Shown here: piece by piece, positions 35,766 through 50,495 of the stretch | How the letters are laid out: each line of letters starts with the position of its first letter | How positions within the stretch are numbered: the stretch's first letter is position 1 | DNA from: Selaginella moellendorffii | Taxonomy: Eukaryota > Plantae > Lycopodiophyta | Assembly (NCBI RefSeq): GCF_000143415.4 | Contig: NW_003314305.1 | Location: forward strand, 1,150,834-1,214,833 | Reading direction: 5' to 3' | Length of the DNA stretch: 64,000 nt | The notes under the pieces: model-generated | The model's database searches: none | What the model was told of the DNA's origin: nothing | Seen by the model: only the letters and a program-made list of their open reading frames with translations | Translations under genes and position numbers: made by a program

Positions 35766-36840
35766 CAATAGTATTAAATCAATTCACAATAAGAATTTTC
35801 TACTGGTCCTGAAATCGAGTCTTATCAGCCTGGGCATGTATCAAAACCTTGTTTCCAGATCTAAGATGTGACTTTTTATTTGAAAGAAGTCCAATATACT
35901 GGAAAGAAAGAAACGAGCCCTGCCCTCGTGCATATAATACTTTGTTTATGTTGCCGTTTTCACTGTGCTGGCCTTCTTTTCCGCAAGATATATAAGGATA
36001 CATATAACTCATTCTCTATCCACGTTCATTGCCATTTCTTCCTAGCATACTCTGGTGGTATGTGACTATAGTTCTTGCTGTGCACCACAGGGTGGGTATC
36101 AATCATGTGACTCAGAGGTATGTTGCAGCCAAGTATGGATATTGTGGAATTGGGGGATTTGTTTGGATGGATGTATGGCAGTTAAAACTAAAGAACTAAT
36201 ATAAGTATGATCTGCTCTTTATTATTAATATTGAAATTATCTGCTTATTACTGAAGTAGGAAATGAAATTAAAATGGCAGTGAAAGGTCACAGGTCAAAT
36301 TTCATTTTTTTTGATGGTCATATGTAATATATCCCTCTTTTCTTTGCAAATCTCCTCAGAAAACCAACTAGAACTCTCATAACGCACTTCAGAGAGAAAA
36401 TTTAATTCGACAAGTAAGTGATATATGTTGGTAGAGACATTGCATATATATATTCTACCTATGCCAAACATTTCCAGGCGTTTCGACTTTGATTTCTTTA
36501 GTTTGATATGAAAATGAATAAAATTATTCTCTTGGTCTTCATGGTTTTTCAAGTTTTCTCTCAATACTGCTATGGATACTACCGAATGATCATGAATATT
36601 GTTGCCCTTTATCAACAAGGTACTTACTGCCCAAACCTAGTCAAGCAAGTTCATGGAATCATGTTTTGAGGATTCGTTGTGACCAGATAAGTTTTACATA
36701 AAATATGGTATTCCCTACGAAATTACTTTCCACTACCTAGCACACAAAAAGCGAGAAACAAGACAAAAGAAAACTGGTCTTGTATTTCTTTGCTACAAAA
36801 GTATATTATTCTTCTGTGTTGTACATAACACTCTAAACGA

Positions 36841-37092
36841 TCACAATGGTGCCGGTGCACAAAGGATTACAGCGCAACTGGAATTGATCTCTTCAATTTC
36901 TTTCCGATCTTCCTTGCAGTACAGAGAGCTGCTTCCAATCACAGAGCAACATTTGCAAATGTTGTTGTAGCTTCCATCACTACCCTTCCTGCACTCAATT
37001 GGAAGCTGCTTGACACTTGATCTACAGCTCACCAAAGAAAACATCACAAGAAGAACAAGAAGAAACAAAAGAGCTTTCCTGAAATTGGCCAT
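36841..37092 (-). CDS. Small secreted cysteine-rich peptide (83 aa)
   Basis: Signal peptide MANFRKALLFLLVLLVMFSLVSC. The mature part has a C-x11-CxCC-x9-C-x13-C-x4-C pattern. TATATAT lies ~90 nt upstream. Confidence 0.7.
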   Translation of the reverse strand: MANFRKALLFLLVLLVMFSLVSCRSSVKQLPIECRKGSDGSYNNICKCCSVIGSSSLYCKEDRKEIEEINSSCAVILCAPAPL

Positions 37093-37369
37093 ACCTAGTC
37101 AGATTCTGTACAAGCGCGAGCTGCTCCTCTTAAGTACACTGCAACAAATCAAGTGGAAGAGGCAAAGTCAAACACAAAATATATATACTGCCAGCACTCA
37201 CATGCAAAGCATTGACAAACTTGCAACTACAAAGTCAAATAAAATAATGCAACCAGAAATTTCCGTGAGGAGAATGTTCGCGCCTTATCCATCTTGTCTA
37301 GAGAAGCCACCTCCAATTTCTTCCTGCAACCATCCAACACTGTTATCCATGACACCGATCTCGCTCGAA

Positions 37370-37830
37370 ATGGCATCGAGCTTCAACTCCGTTTTAAAGG
37401 CTTGTGCGAGGTTGCCAACTTGAGAAAGTTTTTCCACGGAGAAATTTGCATAGCCTGGTGGACACTTATGAAAATACGGCAGTGCGAGCGAGGCACAGTG
37501 AGTGTTTGATCTTCTCGCGAGGATGTGGTAAGCTCGACTGCTCTTATTTCTGGCTATGCTCCTCAAGGTGATACTGAAAAGGTTTTGTTCTGGTTTCACA
37601 GGAAAGCAGAGTAAAAAGAAAGGAGAAAAATGAGAAGAGAGAATGAAAGACGAAGGAATTCAAGCAAACGAGGTGACTTTGCTGTGTATTCTCACGGCTT
37701 GCAGTTGATCCACCGAGGTAAGAAACACTTTGAGGCAATGATCCAAAGTTTGGTGTCACTCCGAGCATAGAACACTTCCGGGCATGCTGGGACGAGCAAA
37801 CGCGCGGGAAGAGGCGGTACTGTCAATCCC
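37370..37830 (+). pseudogene. PLS-class PPR pseudogene fragment
   Basis: FNSVLKACARL, SLVDTY..YGSASEA..VFD, DVVSSTALISGYA.QGD.EK, GKKHFEAM..KFGVTPSIEH and MLGRAN..EEAV occur across frameshifts. Confidence 0.75.
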
Positions 37831-37985
37831 AGAGTTTTCTCCATCTCTTGCAAAAAAGCTCGAGTCCCAGCTCTCCCCGGGCAGGGACAGCTGGGGGTCG
37901 AGCTTTCCTTCCAGCGCGTTTGCTCGTCCCATCGTTGCCATCTCTTGCAAGAAAGCTCTGGGAAATGCATGCTTCTCGAAATGGA

Positions 37986-38098
37986 TCACAATGGTGCCGG
38001 TGCACAAACAGCGCAAGTGGAATTGATCTCTTCAATTTCTTTCCGATTTTCCTTGCAGTACTGAGAGCTGCTTCCAATCACAGAGCAACATTTGAAAC
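37986..38098 (-). pseudogene. Partial degenerate duplicate of the Cys-rich peptide 3' half
   Basis: Near-identical to 36841-36957, with a small deletion. Confidence 0.85.
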
Positions 38099-38174
38099 AA
38101 AGTTCATATAAAGCTGGAAGTTATTTTGTATATATACTAATTTTATTATAAATATGATTTAATATATGTGTTGT

Positions 38175-40188
<2,014 letters not shown>

Positions 40189-40449
40189 TGCTGGGCTAAA
40201 AGATCTGGACAAGTTAGAATGGGCTGTAAAGGGCGAAAACTCGTGACATTGTGACTTGACTCTGAAAGACTTGACTTAGCTTAACGTCTAGGTGGGCGTG
40301 ATAGTCTACACACGACATAGAATTTGTCCTCTTTTTCTTCCTTTTGCATTGGCTATTCTTGAGCTAGTTTAGTTCACTAATTACAACTCTAGAGGCTTTT
40401 ATATATTATAATTGCTGCCCATTAGCTCACGGCACCAAGGAGATGTTGC

Positions 40450-42450
40450 AAATGGATTCTCTAGCAAATCTTTCCTACTCCTAGCTCCTTGGCTGTGACA
40501 GAAATGGCACTCTTTCATACACTACTCTATTTTTAAATATGCTTAAGAATGCTGTTGGTTTGTGGTCTGCATGCCAAATTCTCCAACCTAGCTCATTCAA
40601 GAAGGTGATGAGCTCTTTTTTGCATTAAGGTTTACTTTTAGCCACTCCAACTCATTAGAGTCCCTCTCAAGACTTCCAACACACTTAAGATCATTGTGTT
40701 TTCATAGTCAATCGTGAGCAACTCTAAGATCCCTACACCTTAACCTTCATTTTGTTTATATAACCTATGAAAATTTTTCTTCGAGCATCCTTCCCATTAT
40801 TATCTCTAATTCTCCATAATCTTTATTGGCTTGAGTATGCTAATTTTTGCACCATATTCTCTTAAAACAGCTATTTAACTTATAGAAAAAAAAACTCCAC
40901 CTCTATACCTCCAACTTTAGAATTGAATTGAATATAATTTAATTCAGATATCTACTTTATCATTCTTTCTTCCATACTAAGATTCCCTTTCCCTTTGATG
41001 AAATTCCAACCTTTCTAATGTATGTTCCTCCTTTATAATCCTTGAATCATATTCTATGTTTTGTTGTTGATATTATAAAATATTGGTGTAAGAAAGGTGG
41101 TAGATTTAAATAACCATTGTTGAATGCATATGAGAAATAATTTTAAATGGTGGAAATCAAGGTTAGAGGGTATGTGTAAATGTGATAGTTATATAGCAAA
41201 TCAGTGGTGGAAGATAAAATTTATGATACAGTGGAGTGGGTGGATAATAGAATGAATATAAGATATAAAGGATTTAGTTTAACTTGTTTTTATTTTTTGA
41301 CTTCAAATATTAGGTCATACAAAAAAGGTGGTGGTAGAATAGTAAAGTGGTAATGGTAGAAGTATAAGGGGATGATTTTTATATATATATACACCTTGTA
41401 TATATGTACTATATGTTATACACAATAGGGGTATTGGTCAAATCAAATTTGTGTCAACATATACTCAAAATGATTATAACAAATGTGAAAGGTTATTTTC
41501 CACTCATCCCCTTTTGAATATGAATGTATAAGCACCACGTAAATCAATTTTAGTGAAGAAGTAGTCCTTGGAGAGCCATTCTAACATTTTAAAGATTAAT
41601 GAAAGTGAATATCAATTGGTTATTTAGGCTATAGTAATCCATCACCAAAGAAAGAGATTTGTCCTTCTTGAACACAAAGAAGATAGGTGCATTATTAGAT
41701 TTAAAGAATGCTGAACAAACCTTTAGAAAGATTCTCTTTGATATATCTATGTAATATTTCCAACTCCATTGGTGAAATGAGACCAAATGATGGTGATTTC
41801 TCCTCCACAAGATTAATGAAACAATCATAAAGTTAATATAGTGGTAAAATGTTATCTCTTCTATTGTTGAAAACATCCTCAAAGGTGGCATATTTAGAGG
41901 GAGGAGTGGATTTGATCTTAATAGATGAAGTTAACATTGGATGAATAACAATTATGAAGATGGAATCAAGATCTTGATGATTAACCTCTCAAAAATTATG
42001 CAAAGAAATGTGAGAAATTAAAATTGGAGAAGTATAAAATTTAGAGAAGGGTGTCTAGTCAATATTATACCACTTTTAATCCATTATTGAAGTGAACACT
42101 AGTTCAAACTAAGGAAGACTGAGAATAATGAAGGTCTTCAGAATAAAGATAACATTGAAGAAGATCTTGCAATGAGTCTCAAATACTGTCACTTTCACTT
42201 ATATGACAAATCTATAAAAGACTTATTGACCGTCCACTATTTAAGCACAAGCTAGACTTTGTGTTAGTGGAAGGAAAATGCTATGAGAAAATGTAAATTT
42301 CTAGTCAATGAAATTTGCATTGGCATCACTATAACCTAAAACTTGAAAAAAGTAGTTAGACTTAGTGAACTGAAAGTGAGTATTAATTTAAAAAGGCTTG
42401 AAGGTCTTTGAAGAAAGAATGGAGCCAAAATGAGGAAAAGAAGATGACTT
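40450..42450 (-). mobile_element. Highly decayed Ty3/Gypsy pol remnant
   Basis: RT motifs APIFFVFKKDKSL.LVMDY..LN and FTKIDLRGAY near 41530-41710. Confidence 0.6.
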
Positions 42451-43950
42451 ATCCAATTAAATAACCACTAATTGGATTAGATGTTTTCATTTTCCAATGT
42501 TATATCCACCATATATGCCTAAGGGCAAGAGAAGGTAAGGATATTGCTCCCAGAAATGGTTTGCACTACCACAATAAAGGTGATTTTTGATTTAGTGTCA
42601 TCATTCAATCTTATAAAGATACTGTTAATATATAATTCTAATCTCTATTGGAACTACATTTTGCTTATGTGTTAGTTATTTTAAGACTATGGCTGCTGAA
42701 TTTTATAATTTTTCTTTATAATTTAACACTTTCATTTTTATATTGCTTCAACTGGTTTTCATTAAACTGTCTAAGTTTTTTGGCTTTCCATACTGTATCA
42801 AGAAAGCTTATGTTAATGCATCTTAATTTGCTTATATATCCCTACTTTGTCAGTTATACCACTTCATTGTTGCATCATCCATGAATATTAAAAATAACTC
42901 TAGCCATGTCATTAGTGTTTAATCTTCACTTAAGAGGCAAACTCTCTTATAAAATCTGCGATATCTTTCAGTATTTTTGCTTTGAGATTTGTGGAAAACT
43001 AAATTTCCACTATTTTCTCTACTTTAAAATTTCTTTATCAAACTTTTTATGATAAATTATAAGTTACTAATACTTTCTACTACCAACTTGAGTTAGTGAA
43101 TCTTCTTCAAAATTGTCTCTCTTTACAATATATTTGATTTTAAAAGAATGAAATTCTTGCTTCAATTCCTAAAATTATTTTGATATAAATGCTAAACTTT
43201 ATTTTTTGAACTTCCAACTCCTATTTACTTGATTTACAATCAATTTAGAACTTAGTTCTTAATACTTTTATTTCCTTCAATTCTTGAATTAACTTACTTA
43301 GCTTGATTGCAAGTGTGGGTATTTATAATAGCTTCTCCAATATCTATTTTATTTTCTGATTAGTGACAAGAACTTTAATATTAACTACTTTTTTTTTTAA
43401 CTTGAACACTCTATCAACATTCACTTGCCACATTGACAATTATAATTAAATCTCTCGCAAGCTATATAAAAGAATGATTTTAAAATTGTACATAAAGCAT
43501 TAAGCTTTAAAGAAAAAAATAAATCCACTGGGAGATTTTCGTTATTAATTTTCTTGGTTGTAAAGTAAAATATTATTATAGCAGTGTGCATCTTTAAATA
43601 TGACTCCATTAGAAAGATGTTAAATTTGTAACTAAGTTTTTCTCACTTCATGATGCCTTTTGAGAATATTGGTAATAACTAAAAGAATTTCAAAGTCAAA
43701 TTCTTTGTATCCCTAAGCTTGAATAATACAAATTAAATTATCAAGTGCAATGTGGTGAGGATCTTAGAAATAAAATTTCAATATATAATTTTGAATAGGC
43801 TAAGGCAATAAACTCATTCCAAAATCAATAATTGTATACTGTTCGTCAAAGTTTGGAAAATGTTATTGTTCTTTGAAGACTTTCACTAGTTTGCCAGGAG
43901 ATTCATCGCTATCACTTATATGTTTAGTTTATATCTCTTATGAAGATACT
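42450..43950 (-). mobile_element. Possible decayed LINE (endonuclease/RT) remnant
   Basis: Very AT-rich, with only weak GDFN-like and KAPG.DG-like traces. Confidence 0.3.
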
Positions 43951-45311
43951 TCTCTGTCTATCATTGTTTTGAGTATCTTCCTCACAAGCTAAAAACTTTA
44001 ATCCTCGTTACTTATATGGGTGATTGAGAAAGTGTTTTTAGATATTTATAAAGTGAGATAGTGGGATGAAACTTGACTCTTGGACTTTACTTATGAGTGG
44101 ATATCTTTTCTTTATCAAAACTTTTGAAAGACTAAGGTTGTCTCATAAAGTTTTTAGTGAAAATGAAATTGGGATAATTATAGAATGAGAACTTTTATAT
44201 GCTCAATAAAGAAGTGAAGCTTTCTACAGATTGAGCAAAGAACTCTCACTTGTAGCTCATTAGGAAGATGAAAGAAACTTGACTACAAATTATGATTTGG
44301 TGGAATTGATGAATTAAAATAACACTTTGATCAAACTCTACTTAACCATTCATTTTTCATTACTTTTAGGAATATAGAAGAGGAAAGTAAATGAGAGAAC
44401 TAGAAATTAGAAAAGAAGAAGAAAACTTAAAATATTTCTATCATAACCACATAAAAAATGATGAGGGAGGAAAGAAAACTTTAAACTTTATTTCTTTAAT
44501 ACAAGACTCTAGATGATCCCCTCTATAATCTACACCTCATACTCTTCTAGATGCTCTCTAAGATCCATTGGTGGTTATTGTATGATCATCAGGTAGTATT
44601 TATTTAAGGAAATCTTTGCTATGTGTTTTTTTAGGGGGATTTTGAGGAGTGGTGATATGATTAAGAGTAGATCTTTTAGTGAAAGAGTCAACAATGATCC
44701 TATCAATTCTTCAACCCTCTCTCCATGGCATCATAAGGTCATTGTATGCAAACGGTAGTTAATAGTAGAGTTTTGTGGCTTGAGAGAAAAAGAGAGCATA
44801 AGGTGTTGTAAATGTGATTTTAGTTATGGAAAGATATTTGTTGGATAATCCTTATAAATATTCTTTCTTTATTGCCACAATGGCAAGAAATCATTACTAT
44901 TAATTCCTTTTATTAGCCCCTTTTATCCAAGTTTTAGTAAATTGGGTTTAGCACCTGTATTTAGCTAGATAAATATAAAGTAAGAACTCTTATGTGTTTT
45001 TGGTTGAATATATTTGCTCTAGCTTTTAGTTATTTTTGCTATATTTTGCACTAATTTAGCAAAAATCCTTGTGTATTAAGTTTAGTCCCTCAATATCACA
45101 ATAATATGATAAGTTATTGTGTTTGCTAAACACCTTTTCTATCATGCCTCATGTGTTGGTTTTATTTTGGTTCTACATACTATTTATACTAAATGTTTAG
45201 ATTTGTAAGTGGGGCATATTAACAAAATGTAAAGTGTGTCTTAAACACCATAATATTGTTCTTATGTCTCGATTCACAATCTAGTACCTATAAGGAACCA
45301 ACTCCCCAAGG

Positions 45312-47138
45312 TGTCATAAGCTAAAGGATCCCTGAAACCATGACTAGAATGATAAAGAGTTCATTAGATAAGACCAAGTTTGAGATGGAGTTCGAGACTA
45401 AGTTTGAGATCCAAGATCAAGTCCGAAACCGAGTCCGAATACTAATGCAGTTGTGGGGTGAAAGCCCAAAGCAATTGTCTCCCAAAGGGGGGTGGGAGCT
45501 ACGCTACAAGGGGTTCCAAAAGTATAATATGGATAGTTGAGGTCTAGGAACCAATCTTGAAGTAACTTTTCAATAGTGCTTCCAAATTGACTTGAGGTTG
45601 AGGTTAGGGGTTAAGGGCCTTGGGTGGGAGTGAGTATAAATTCGGGTGGTGCTAGAGAAGCCACTCAAGGAAATGCTCAAAAACAACTCCCACTCTTGGA
45701 AGGGAAATTAATTGTGGTGCTCCTAGCTCATATGAAATGGTGCTTCACTTGAGTACTATATAGTTTATTAATCCTCACTCCTTCCTAAGGGCTTGAACCT
45801 TCCCTTTGGGATGGAAGTGGGGGAGTATGGGTACCTATACCGGGCTATTAAGCCACAGTGTTTCCCTAGGGTCTCGAAATAAAAAATGCATTAAAGACTT
45901 AGGATTTAGAGGGTCTTATAATTAAGTTTTGTTGTACCAAGGGATGTTAAAAACCTGAAAGCTTTATGTGTTTGGTTACTTGTGCTTATGGGGAGGGTAG
46001 CCAAACTTTAAGTCCAACCTAACATGGGGAGGGGAATTAAGAAGAGATTTGGGAATCTATGGACAGATGGTTAACACTTTATTGCTCATGCAATAGTGAG
46101 TAGCTGAATCCAAATAAGATCAAGTAGAAGTTGGTACATTAGGTGGGAACCTTGGCAAGGGAACTTAATTAAGGCCAAAGCAATAGTGGTTAGATAGACA
46201 AGGTAAATTGGCAAATTGAAAATGAAAAAATTATGGCTTATAATTTAGTATTAGAGCCTTTTCCTTAGTTCTAATGAAGGATAGAGGCAGATTGCTAAAA
46301 GATTGCTAAGGCAGGGTATAAGTAGACTAAAGTAGAGATAGAACCTTTGGTTGAACAAGAAGCTATAGATGAAGAATCCTTGCATGAGGAGGACTCCAGT
46401 GAGGAAACTTCCAAACATGAGTCTAGTGGTGAGGTTCAGTTGTCCAAGGCTCGATTGGACACTTTAGAAGGACAAGTGGCACAAACAAATGCCTTGCTAA
46501 AGACCCTCATATGCAAGCTAAAGTATAATAAGAAGTGGAAGAAAAGATAAAAGACTGTAGATGTGGGCAATACAAAAGGTATGGACCCTTTGGCGAGGAT
46601 TGAGGCAGAATCAAACAAGGTTAAACAAACTGAAGTAAAATCAATCCCTCAAGTAGTTCCCAAGTACAAACTAAAGCCCCTATTGATCTTCAAAAGGAGT
46701 AAATGACTATAAGGTGGTAGAGGATTAGTTTTACAACATGGAGGATTACTTCCAAGCGTTGTAATTATTAAACTCAGAAAAAGTCCCATATATAAAACCA
46801 TACTTAACAAATAATATTAAGTCTTGGTGGAGAATGATAAATGCCAATGAAGGATCGGTGGCCACTTGAAAAGTGATGAAGGTGAGGATCTCTACAACTT
46901 ATGTCCTTCCAAATGCTACTCTGTATCTAAGGGATGAGTTGAGTAGGCTAAAGTAGACAGAAACTATTCAAGAGTATATGAATGCATTTATGGCTAAAAG
47001 GATCCTTGTCATAAATATGGGTGAGATGGATGTGTTCTATGCCTTCATATTAGGCTTGCAGACTTGGGTTCGAAGTGAGGTGATGCACTAGAATCTGACC
47101 AACTACAAGGAAGCATTAGATATCGCTATTAAGGTACA
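45312..47138 (+). mobile_element. Decayed Gypsy element: PPT-like tract, LTR (~45505-46242), PBS and gag
   Basis: The LTR starts TACAAGGGGTTCCAAAAGTATAA. A degenerate PBS TAGTATTAGAGC sits at ~46246, followed by gag remnants with stops. Same LTR family as 33266-34206 and 47139-47872. Confidence 0.75.
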
Positions 47139-49190
47139 TGTAAGCCACAAATTTTTCTTTTCCAATTTGCCAGTTTACCTTGTCTATCCGTCCAACACTG
47201 CCTTGGCTTTTGCTAAGTTCCCTCGCCAAGATTCTTGCCTATGGTACCAACTCCTACTTGGTCCTACTTGGTTTTAGCTACTCACTGCACGAGCAATGGA
47301 GTGTTAGCCATCCATCCACGGATTCCCAAATCACTCTCAATCCCCCTCCCCGGGTTAGACTGGACTTAAGGTTCGGCTACACTCCTCGCAAGCACAAGTA
47401 GCCAAGCACACCAAGCTTCCAGGTTCCTAACATCCCTTGGTACCACAAGACTTGATTATGGGACCTTCTAAATCCCAAGTCTTGGGTGCAACACTTGCTT
47501 CGGGACGCCGGGGCGAAACACCGTGGCCTAGCGGCCCGGTATGGGTACCTCTACCCCCCCACTTCCATCCCGAAGGGAAGGTCCAAGCCCCTAGGAAGGG
47601 CGAGGACCAATGAGCCGCATGGTACTCAAGTGGGGCACCACTCCACATGAGCCGGGAGCACCGCAGTCGGTTTCCCTTTCGGGAGTGGGAGCTGCTCTTG
47701 AGCACTTCTTTGGATGGCCCCTCTAGCACCAACCGAGTCCATGCTCACTCCCACCCAAGGCCCCTTGGTCCCAATCTCAACCTCAAGTCAGTTTGGAAGC
47801 CCCACTAGAGAGTTCCTTCAAAATTGGTTCCTGGACCTCACTATCCCTACTATACTTTTGGAACCCCCTGCAGCGCCCCCCTCCACTTAGCGGTGTGCCT
47901 AAGTTAGCCTCCCCGGCCAAGAGCCCATGACAACGAAATATAGGTGTCTCTATATTCCTCACCTCACCACGCCCTGCCGCTCTGGACAGTGGACGATGAA
48001 CAAAGCGCATTGGCATTTCTCTCCGAGGTCTAGTTTTGGAAAGAAGATAATCGCGATCTAGATGGGTTCTTCATTTCCCTCTTTTCTTGTCATGATACAG
48101 TCAAGTTTACACTACACTTCTGCTCGTTTGCCAATTTTTTGCGAGTTCTTATGTTGGGATAACTCGTTTCAAGTAGCTTTCTTAGTGCTAAACTGAGTCG
48201 TAGTATGGGGTCGGGACTTGAACCCAGCCTTGCTTTACTAGGGGGTTGGGACTCAAACCCAACCTCCGTAGAATATGTCTACGGATTCGACATCCCTGCA
48301 GGGAGTTGGGCGTAGTGTCCTACGCCTGGTCGACCTAGTTAACCCATGCTAATTAGCTTACCTTCGGCGCACCTTCGGGTCCCAACATATGCCATTGCTC
48401 AACTTCACCAATTGATACTTTTAATTGAACTTTGCATAAGTACATAGAGTTTTGCCTTGCAGAAATTCCTCCACTAGATCTCGTGTGTTTGCTAGGTTCT
48501 CTTCCGGTTCCCATATCGCTTCGTAGTGTGGAAATCCTTTCCACTTCATATGGAACTCTCTCACCTCGCGTCCTTGTCGTTTGCTCCTACGCGCATTGAG
48601 GATGGCCTCGACTTCGTATTCCTCTTCCCTTTGGATAACCTCAGGTAAAAGCCTTACTTGGTCCTTGCGAAGCGGATCCTCAAAGTATGGCTTGAGTAAG
48701 TTCACGTGGAACACGGGGTGCATTTTCCCCATCTCTTGAGGAAGTCGGAGATGGTAAGCCACTTTACCGATTCGTGCCTCAATCTCATAAAGCCCCACGA
48801 ACCTGCTTAAGGAACTCAAGATCAATTCATTTATGGAATACATGCATTTTTACCTTTGGGTCAACTTTCGGCTGATCCCACTTGGTAGCATTAGGTTCTT
48901 GGTGTTTAGCCACACCTTCTCCCCAGCTTGGAACTCTACATCCCGATGTTTCTAGTTCGCATACTTAGTTTGCCTTTGTTGAGCTCGTTCCAAGGAATCC
49001 CTCACTAGATTCTAAATGTTGAGTCTTTCCGCTGTGAATGCCTCCATTGCGGGTAACTCCCCATGATACTTAGCCACGCCGAGCTCCACAGGACCTTCAA
49101 TAGCTCGCCCATTGATGACTTCCCATGGACTCACCTCGATACTCGAATGTGGTGAGTTGTTATAACACATTTCCACAAGTCCCAAATGAC
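47139..49190 (-). mobile_element. Younger chromovirus-type Gypsy 3' end: integrase/chromodomain, PPT and 3' LTR (47139-47872)
   Basis: GKVAYHLRLP..M.KMHPVFHVNLLKPY...EEEYEVEAILN.R...FHMKWKGFP.YEAIWEPEENL. PPT GGAGGGGGGCGC directly precedes an LTR reading TGCAGGGGGTTCC...TTACA. Confidence 0.88.
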
Positions 49191-49382
49191 TTACCATTTT
49201 CTTGCATAATTATTGTTCGGTTTTCCTTGTCAGTGCTATGAACGTCAGCTTTGCCCTCGTCTTGCTTTGGAGATATGGCCATCTCATCCGTCTCAGCCTG
49301 AGGGCTCTCAACTCTGGCATATAAAGACTCTGACAGCGAATGCAAAATTGTTACTCCAAGAGCTTGAAAGGCCAAGAAAGCA
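49190..49382 (-). pseudogene. TEB: Further TEB tail fragment (copy of ~23165-23345)
   Basis: AFQALGVTILHSLSESLYA.VE.PQAETDEMAISPKQDEGK. Confidence 0.8.
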
Positions 49383-50279
49383 GGAATCAGATGCTTGAGC
49401 TAGAAAGGTAGGGACTTTGAGCTCGCTAGGCTCTTGCAAGAGAGCTCTCTGGCACTACTTTGTTTCGAGCTCCTGGGATTTTGGAGCTTCGATCGCTATG
49501 GAGGAGGCCTCAAGGGCAGAGGGAAGCAATAGGGCAATGTAAGTATACTCTCATTTGATCGGCTATCTCACGCTTCTTCTTCTTTTCTTTTGCAGGATGT
49601 CCAACAGGCAGGAAGGAGAATATTCTTGTCTTTTGTATTAAAGCGTAACACTTTTTATTAAAGTAAACTTATCTATCATGTTTGGGTTTAGGGTTTAACG
49701 GGCTAAAGGAATGGAAATTTAGGGTTCCAGGCTATGGCGAGGCTGAGCACTGGCGTTACCACGCGCCAGTACGCTGAACGTATGCCGCGCATCTCCGATA
49801 CTCCTCTCTCAGCTCGGATTCTGGATTAGGGACTGCAGTGCCGCCGCTACAGCACAGGCGATTTCCATCCAGAGCGCGGAGGCTTCTTGATTGTCGAAAT
49901 GCGGCAGCCTGTGCTGCTCAAGAGCAACGATTTCCGCTGGAATTTTCCCAAGGAAATCGTTGTGGCGTATCCAATTCATCCCTCGCAACATCTTCCAGGT
50001 GGAATTATGGAGTTCTTGGATTTCTTTCCTTTGTAGCTCTGACAGTGCTGTGTTTCAATCAGCCAGGAGAACGAAATTCCTACGGAGCCTGGAGTACTGT
50101 GGTTTGCGATCATCGGAATATGCAGGTAGATAGATACCTTTTAATGATTTCTAGAACTTGAGATCTAGACGATTGCATCGAAGAGTTTGGCAACCAGTAA
50201 AGTTCCTCGACTTTGGTTCCAGGTACTATTTAATCGAGCGTACCAAAGGATGCAAACATTGTCGGCATAACACTCGATG

Positions 50280-50495
50280 TTGGTCGGCATTTCTCTAACA
50301 CCTGGACTTCCTCGCAGCCGGAGCTATACGGAATGTAAAGAAAATGGTGAAGAGCGCAAGAAAAAAGTCATACACTCTTGCCGTCGGGAAGCCAAATCCT
50401 GCAAAGCTTGCAAACATTCCTGAGGTAACTCTCTTGGAGTAGTGTGATGTGTTTGTCCTTGTAGCATGTCCACCGGCGTTAGAGTTCTTTGATCT
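50280..50495 (+). pseudogene. DPH2: Diphthamide biosynthesis DPH2-like gene fragment
   Basis: VKKMVKSARKKSYTLAVGKPNPAKLANIPE...CDVFVLVAC matches the DPH2 motif KKSYT..GK.NPAKLANF.E.DVF.LV.C. Confidence 0.75.

Noticed and set aside
35875-36170. Possible membrane-protein or ABC-transporter exon fragment
   Set aside because: Motifs are too weak to assign by eye.
37225-37599. Minus-strand ORF and a kinase-like GANILLTE string
   Set aside because: No other kinase motifs nearby. The plus strand is better explained as PPR remnants.
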